A stretch of 64,000 bases of DNA from Rhynchopus sp. YZ270_cl-10. Taxonomy: Eukaryota. The translations under genes and the position numbers were made by a program. The stretch lies in contig OZ037842.1 in the NCBI GenBank assembly GCA_964035575.1, positions 1,240,001-1,304,000 of the forward strand. The letters run 5' to 3'. The notes under the pieces were generated by a model. It searched no databases. It was not told the origin of the DNA and saw only the letters and a list, made by a program, of their open reading frames with translations. Position 1 is the first letter of the stretch. Every line of letters begins with the position of its first letter. Below are positions 57,739-64,000 of this stretch, piece by piece.

Positions 57739-60618
57739 ATGTTGCGTGTATGTGTGGCGGTGCTGCTGTGCGTGAGCGTGGACGTAACCACTGCGTTCCT
57801 GCCAGCGACAGAGGAAACGCTTGTCCCGGGATTACAATACTACTGTCCGGTGATCACTGACATTAGTGATGATTCTGGGAGACTGACAGCTCCGAGCCAC
57901 ACGGGTGCATACGACCGGTGCTGGCACATTGAGTGCAACAGGCTGGTTTACATCAATTTCTTGTACCTTCAATTACGCTATTCCTACCTCGACCTTTACC
58001 ACTCCATCGATGGCGTGGACTACAAGTTCACGGTAGAATACAACGAGTTCAGTGATATTCCCGAAGCCGAAGTTGTTATGAATGGTTCGGTCATGCTGCA
58101 TTTGAGAGCAGGCGTAGCCAAGGCAACGTTTGATCTCGACTATTGGTGTAAGGCTCCACCTACCACAGAGGCACCACCAACACTGGTACCACCAACACCT
58201 ATCCCGGGTATGTCCTTCGCCTGCCAGGAGCGCACGGACCTGAATAATGCTGCTGGGAAGGTGACTTACGCGAACAACACGGGTTCTGTTGTGTGTTGGC
58301 ATATTGTGTGCGACACGTCTGTTGCGATCACGTTCACATCCTTCAGACTGCAAGACTCCGCGTTGTACCTATACAACACGAGCGATGGTGTGGACTACAG
58401 TTTGGACACAATCTTATACAATAACGATAGTACTCCTGAAGCTATTGTGCTGAACGGTTCGGCTTTTTTGCAGTTATCAAACCCGTCTTCACATACCTCA
58501 ATGTTTGAACTCGACTATGTGTGTTTAAGTCCAACTCCACAACCAACCACTGAGGCGCCACCAACACTTGCACCAGGTGTGAAATACATCTGTGAAGAGT
58601 ACACTGACTTGACCAATACTGCTGGGAACGTGACGTACGAGAATAACGCTTCTGCTGTGTGCTGGCACATTGAGTGCAGCACATCTGTCATGATCACTTT
58701 CACAGCCGCCAGGCTGCAAGAAAACGTTTTGTACCTCTACAACACGAGCGATGGTGTGGACTACAGTTTGTACACAATCTTATACTACACTAGTTTTCCT
58801 GTCGGTCCTATTGTGCTGAACGGTTCGGCTTTTTTGCAGATCTCAAGTCCGTATGGAGGTCCCGCAAGCTTTGAACTCGACTATGTGTGTTTAAGTCCAA
58901 CTCCACAACCAGCCACTGAGGCGCCACCAACACTTGCACCAGGTGTGAAATACATCTGTGAAGAGTATACTGACTTGACCAATACTGCTGGGAACGTGAC
59001 GTACGAGAATAACGCTTCCGCTGTGTGTTGGCACATTGAGTGCAGCACATCTGTCATGATCACTTTCACAGCCGCCAGGCTGCAAGAAAACGTTTTGTAC
59101 CTCTACAACACGAGCGATGGTGTGGACTACAGTTTGTACACAATCTTATACTACACTAGTTTTCCTGTCGGTCCTATTGTGCTGAACGGTTCGGCTTTTT
59201 TGCAGATCTCAAGCCCTTATGGAGGTCCCGCAAGCTTTGAACTCGACTATGTGTGTTTAAGTCCAACTCCACAACCAGCCACTGAGGCGCCACCAACACT
59301 TGCACCAGGTGTGAAATACATCTGTGAAGAGTACACTGACTTGACCAATACTGCTGGGAACGTGACGTACGAGAATAACGCTTCTGCTGTGTGCTGGCAC
59401 ATTGAGTGCAGCACATCTGTCATGATCACTTTCACAGCCGCCAGGCTGCAAGAAAACGTTTTGTACCTCTACAACACGAGCGATGGTGTGGACTACAGTT
59501 TGTACACAATCTTATACTACACTAGTTTTCCTGTCGGTCCTATTGTGCTGAACGGTTCGGCTTTTTTGCAGATCTCAAGCCCTTATGGAGGTCCCGCAAG
59601 CTTTGAACTCGACTATGTGTGTTTAAGTCCAACTCCACAGCCAACGACTGAGTCGCCACCAACACTTGCACCAGGTGTGGCACACACGTGTCAAAACCAC
59701 ACTGACCTGAACGAAACTGCTGGGAAGGTGGACTTTGTCAGCAGCATGGCCATCAAAGTGGAATGCTGGTACATTGAATGCGACAAGTCCGTCATGATCA
59801 CGTTCACGACTCTTTCATTGGAAAACTGGGCGTTCTTGGAGCTCTTCAGTTCAGAGTCTGAGAACGGCACCATACACTACACCCCTGAGAGGATTATCTC
59901 GCATTCGGACAGCACGGGTAGTGGTTTTGTGCTGAACGGTCCGGCCTTGGTGCAATTCGTACAGAATTATGGTCTTGGTGAGAATGATGCTTCGAAGGTC
60001 GGGTTCAACTACATGTGTATTGGGAGTCCACAGCCGGCCACAGAGGCGCCACCAACACTTGCACCAGGTGTGGAGTACGTGTGTCAAAACCACGCTGACC
60101 TGAAGGATACTTCCGGGAAGGTGTCCTACGTGAACCATGAGGCAAACAACACGGCGTGCTGGCACATTGAATGTGACAAGTCTGTTGCGATCACCTTCTC
60201 GTACATGCAGGTCTACGCACAGTCGTTCTTGTACCTGTACAGTTCAGGGAGCACCTCAGGGAGTGCCACACACTACACCCTGGAGAAGGTGCTGTTCTCG
60301 CCCGCTGCTTCTACGGGTGTTGAATATCTGCTGGATGGTTCGGCCTTGATGCAGTTCAGAAGCGACACTCATGCGGGGAGGACGGAACTTGATTTCGAGT
60401 ACGTGTGTCAGAGTGCAGACAAGGACGACGGTGGGCACTCCACGTGGCCGTACGTTGTTTTCCCTGTGGTGGGTGTGCTCTCCCTTGCTCTTGGCGTGGT
60501 CGCACTGCTGAAGTCAGGTGTCTTCAAGGCAAAGGTGTCGAAGTCTTCTCTCAAGGACGGCGTCAACAATAACGAGGGTGCCTCAGTGGGCATGCTTGAG
60601 GAGTCACCCGTGATGTAG
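57739..60618 (+). CDS. Type I membrane protein: signal peptide, 7 CUB-like domains with Pro/Thr linkers, TM helix, short tail
   Basis: Each unit shows C...G.....CWHIEC..V.ITF...L.LY...F.L.YxC; linkers PTPQPTTEAPPTLAP; TM VVFPVVGVLSLALGVVALL. Confidence 0.85.
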   Translation: MLRVCVAVLLCVSVDVTTAFLPATEETLVPGLQYYCPVITDISDDSGRLTAPSHTGAYDRCWHIECNRLVYINFLYLQLRYSYLDLYHSIDGVDYKFTVEYNEFSDIPEAEVVMNGSVMLHLRAGVAKATFDLDYWCKAPPTTEAPPTLVPPTPIPGMSFACQERTDLNNAAGKVTYANNTGSVVCWHIVCDTSVAITFTSFRLQDSALYLYNTSDGVDYSLDTILYNNDSTPEAIVLNGSAFLQLSNPSSHTSMFELDYVCLSPTPQPTTEAPPTLAPGVKYICEEYTDLTNTAGNVTYENNASAVCWHIECSTSVMITFTAARLQENVLYLYNTSDGVDYSLYTILYYTSFPVGPIVLNGSAFLQISSPYGGPASFELDYVCLSPTPQPATEAPPTLAPGVKYICEEYTDLTNTAGNVTYENNASAVCWHIECSTSVMITFTAARLQENVLYLYNTSDGVDYSLYTILYYTSFPVGPIVLNGSAFLQISSPYGGPASFELDYVCLSPTPQPATEAPPTLAPGVKYICEEYTDLTNTAGNVTYENNASAVCWHIECSTSVMITFTAARLQENVLYLYNTSDGVDYSLYTILYYTSFPVGPIVLNGSAFLQISSPYGGPASFELDYVCLSPTPQPTTESPPTLAPGVAHTCQNHTDLNETAGKVDFVSSMAIKVECWYIECDKSVMITFTTLSLENWAFLELFSSESENGTIHYTPERIISHSDSTGSGFVLNGPALVQFVQNYGLGENDASKVGFNYMCIGSPQPATEAPPTLAPGVEYVCQNHADLKDTSGKVSYVNHEANNTACWHIECDKSVAITFSYMQVYAQSFLYLYSSGSTSGSATHYTLEKVLFSPAASTGVEYLLDGSALMQFRSDTHAGRTELDFEYVCQSADKDDGGHSTWPYVVFPVVGVLSLALGVVALLKSGVFKAKVSKSSLKDGVNNNEGASVGMLEESPVM
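58503..59679 (+). repeat. Intragenic 366-bp tandem repeat, ~3.2 near-identical copies
   Basis: Period 366 is visible in the DNA and in shadow ORFs at 58442/58808/59174. Confidence 0.95.
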
Positions 60619-60882
60619 GAAAGCCATTTCTCAAACGGAGCTGGGTGTGTGGAGTGGTTCTCCTTTGGAGAGTGTTCTGCACAGGTTTGGCCCTTTAGAT
60701 TGTCAACAGCGCGTTTCAAGTTTTCCTTTTAGTTTTCAGGAGACTTTCTCTAGTTGAGGGGTCTGCGGTATCTGAGGCATGTTTAGTGTTTTATGTTTGG
60801 GTCAGACCAAGGGTGACTGTGCCTTGCCACTCACGGGGATGAAATGTGCCGTCCACGTCTACTACTTTGTCCTCAGGGTACT

Positions 60883-60937
60883 TGCGCTTTCATCCGGATG
60901 GTTGCCATCGTACGTGGTTCAGTCGGAGGTGCCTGTA
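60883..60937 (+). repeat. Hairpin family B copy downstream of the CUB gene
   Basis: TGCGCTTTCATCCGGATGGTTGCCATCGT...TCAGTCGGAGGTGCCTGTA followed shortly by a T run. Confidence 0.7.
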
Positions 60938-61731
60938 CGGTGGACTCCCATTTTTTTTTTTTTTTGAGTGCCTGTCAACGGGTGCTTATTACTCTAAAAC
61001 CCCCTCCCCCCCATTTTTGTACCTTCTGTTTTCGGGGCACTCAGAAACCCCTGTAGCACCGGAGGGGTAATCACTACGTGCCTGTACAGTACTCACCCAG
61101 TCGCAAAGACGTCTGTTGCAGTGTTCAGCACCTGCACTGATACAAATCTTGGATTTGGTGATGTTGTGCATTGGCATTTTTGATAATGTTGTCATTTTTT
61201 GTTTTATTAGTATTTGTCATGATTGGGGGGGTGAGGAATCTGTCCTCACTCTTCTTTCCTTGTGAGGTGGTCTCTCAGCCTTTCCGATGAGGGCACCTTT
61301 ATTTTCCTGCGGGGAAGAGGCTTTTTTTTTTTTTTTACTGGTTTTCTTCCTTGCTTTCGTATTTTTTGTTTTCTGTATCTATGTGGATCCCCCCCAGTGA
61401 ACCGTTTGGGACCCCGCTCTGCCGTGGCAGTCGTGGTTAGCGTTGTCATGTTTGTCTGTAGCACACAAGTAAGAAGAGAGACTCTAGGTCTCATTGGCGT
61501 CTGTTTCTCAAAAGTTTGGTTGTTGTTCTACTCTTGTGGGTTGCCGTTAAACGGAAGCGCCTCCCCATTTACCACGAAAATCGGGGGGAACATACAGGCT
61601 GCACAGATCTCCCCCCACTATGTGGCAGTCGAGCCTTGTTACGTGGCTCCCTGGCCTGACTGCGAACTCCGCGCAACCTCACACGAGGTTAACCACGGAG
61701 TCAAAAGGAAAAAGAAAATATGATAAACAAA

Positions 61732-61781
61732 AATTTATAAAGTGCGCCCAAGCCCCCCGGGGCCTGGGCACTTTATAAATT
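61732..61781. repeat. Palindrome with perfect 14-bp arms and a GC-rich inner hairpin
   Basis: AATTTATAAAGTGC ... GCACTTTATAAATT. Confidence 0.85.
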
Positions 61782-62042
61782 AAAAGGAAAATCAATGATT
61801 TGTTTGGTGTGAACCGTTGTACGCGGTACAACCGCGGGAGACATACGGGCGAACCACGGGGAATTTGGAGGGGGTACCCCTTTTTATTTTTATTTTTCCC
61901 GTTTTTTGGTGTTTACTCTCACGGTGGTAAGGGTCACACAGAGTCACGGTTCTAACAGAGCGGGGTCGCAAAATTTTCTAATGCGCTGAATTATCCCAAA
62001 AAAGTGGTTTTCTCGGGGAAAATTTTTTTTCAACCCCTACAG

Positions 62043-62397
62043 ACTGTACTGTACTGTACTGTACTGTACTGTACTGTACTGTACTGTACTGTACTGTACT
62101 GTACTGTACTGTACTGTACTGTACTGTACTGTACTGTACTGTACTGTACTGTACTGTACTGTACTGTACTGTACTGTACTGTACTGTACTGTACTGTACT
62201 GTACTGTACTGTACTGTACTGTACTGTACTGTACTGTACTGTACTGTACTGTACTGTACTGTACTGTACTGTACTGTACTGTACTGTACTGTACTGTACT
62301 GTACTGTACTGTACTGTACTGTACTGTACTGTACTGTACTGTACTGTACTGTACTGTACTGTACTGTACTGTACTGTACTGTACTGTACTGTACTGT
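62043..62397. repeat. (ACTGT)n pentamer satellite, ~70 copies
   Basis: Directly visible. Confidence 0.98.
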
Positions 62398-62419
62398 GTG
62401 TACTGTGTATACTGTGTAT

Positions 62420-63107
62420 CATACAATGCAACGAGGCCGGGTACGCCTGAAAATACTCATATCTGGAAAACATATCTGAGGCGTACTCGGGATTAGTTAC
62501 GTTTAAGTACGCCTCAGGCACGCCTGAGTATATATCAACGCATACTTGCGTTCCAGGCGCCTGGTGTGTATTTATTCCCCGCAAAAAGGGCCTCTGATCC
62601 ATTTCCGGAGCGATCTGAAAAAAGTCCGGGGTCGGACAATTTTTTTAGCAAAAAGTGCGTGACTTTAAGTTTGTACCAAAAATCAGGGGAAAGTATACCC
62701 GGTTTCATATTTCTGCTGATATATAAAAATTATGCACAGGTCATCACGTTTCTAAGTCATGCCATGTATTTCCCCCGCCCCCTGAAATGTGCTGAAATCA
62801 ACTTTCGGTGTCCTGCTGAGAAAATTGCGGGTCGCAAGATATTTTTAGTGGAAAAATATCATGGTTACCAGAGGCACATTTTTCATCGTGCGACCCCGCA
62901 TTTGAAAGATTTTGCTACCTCTGAATCGAAACCCACAAAATTTGGGGGGAAATACTTTTTTGTTCATGACAAAAATGCTGGTAAGAAATATACTCAGGCG
63001 TGCCTGAGGCGTACTTAAACGTAACTAATCCCGAGTACGCCTCAGGCACGCCTGAGTATTTATTTTCAGGCCTTGGCGAGACCGACTCGGCCTCGTTGCA
63101 TTGTATG
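62420..63107. repeat. Long inverted-repeat pair (62476-62533/62988-63045 and 62420-62439/63088-63107) around a ~450-bp spacer
   Basis: 58-bp and 20-bp exact reverse-complement matches. Confidence 0.9.
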
Positions 63108-63575
63108 GTGTATACTGTGTATACTGTGTATACTGTGTATACTGTGTATACTGTGTATACTGTGTATACTGTGTATACTGTGTATACTGTGTATACTGTG
63201 TATACTGTGTATACTGTGTATACTGTGTATACTGTGTATACTGTGTATACTGTGTATACTGTGTATACTGTGTATACTGTGTATACTGTGTATACTGTGT
63301 ATACTGTGTATACTGTGTATACTGTGTATACTGTGTATACTGTGTATACTGTGTATACTGTGTATACTGTGTATACTGTGTATACTGTGTATACTGTGTA
63401 TACTGTGTATACTGTGTATACTGTGTATACTGTGTATACTGTGTATACTGTGTATACTGTGTATACTGTGTATACTGTGTATACTGTGTATACTGTGTAT
63501 ACTGTGTATACTGTGTATACTGTGTATACTGTGTATACTGTGTATACTGTGTATACTGTGTATACTGTGTATACT
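63108..63575. repeat. (TATACTGTG)n nonamer satellite, ~52 copies
   Basis: Directly visible. Confidence 0.98.
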
Positions 63576-63602
63576 CACAATTATCGCATTAATCAATTAT
63601 CG

Positions 63603-63869
63603 CAGTGTGTACAGTGTGTACAGTGTGTACAGTGTGTACAGTGTGTACAGTGTGTACAGTGTGTACAGTGTGTACAGTGTGTACAGTGTGTACAGTGTGT
63701 ACAGTGTGTACAGTGTGTACAGTGTGTACAGTGTGTACAGTGTGTACAGTGTGTACAGTGTGTACAGTGTGTACAGTGTGTACAGTGTGTACAGTGTGTA
63801 CAGTGTGTACAGTGTGTACAGTGTGTACAGTGTGTACAGTGTGTACAGTGTACAGTGTATTGTACAGTG
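63603..63869. repeat. (CAGTGTGTA)n nonamer satellite, ~28 copies
   Basis: Directly visible. Confidence 0.98.
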
Positions 63870-64000
63870 AATTTTTTCTAGAGGTCAACAACTTGGCCAT
63901 TTCTGCAAAATGACCCCACCACTTCCTGGGATTGGCTCAAAAATGCAAATGCCAGCGTTTTCCTTCACATTCCCGCAAACCCGGAAAAAAAAAATAAAAC

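Noticed and set aside
62004..63913. ORFs with CTVLY/VYT/CVQ repeats
   Set aside because: Satellite translation artefacts.

Overview
Eukaryotic nuclear DNA, most likely from a euglenozoan of the diplonemid type. This is inferred from a Gim5/PEX11-type peroxisomal-glycosomal membrane protein, canonical cis-spliced introns, and all ~18 genes lying on the + strand. Genes modelled by hand from GTATG...AG introns: LRR protein (3' end), RPB2, proteasome beta2, S28 peptidase, WD40 + 36-aa-repeat protein, MYND-finger protein, tandem-UEV/RING protein, ArgRS with a large insertion, bacterial-type PyrB-PyrI fusion, MPP-alpha, Gim5/PEX11, NPHP4 with a long S/T/G extension, a 7x CUB-like surface protein, and several hypothetical proteins. 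The non-coding DNA carries two short hairpin families that always lie in the sense orientation, in introns and between genes; two copies of one family appear interrupted at the same position. It also carries MITE-like foldbacks, a 665-bp C7T tract, and a terminal satellite/inverted-repeat complex. Introns are strongly biased toward the 3' end of the long genes. All calls come from reading the sequence; no database searches were run.
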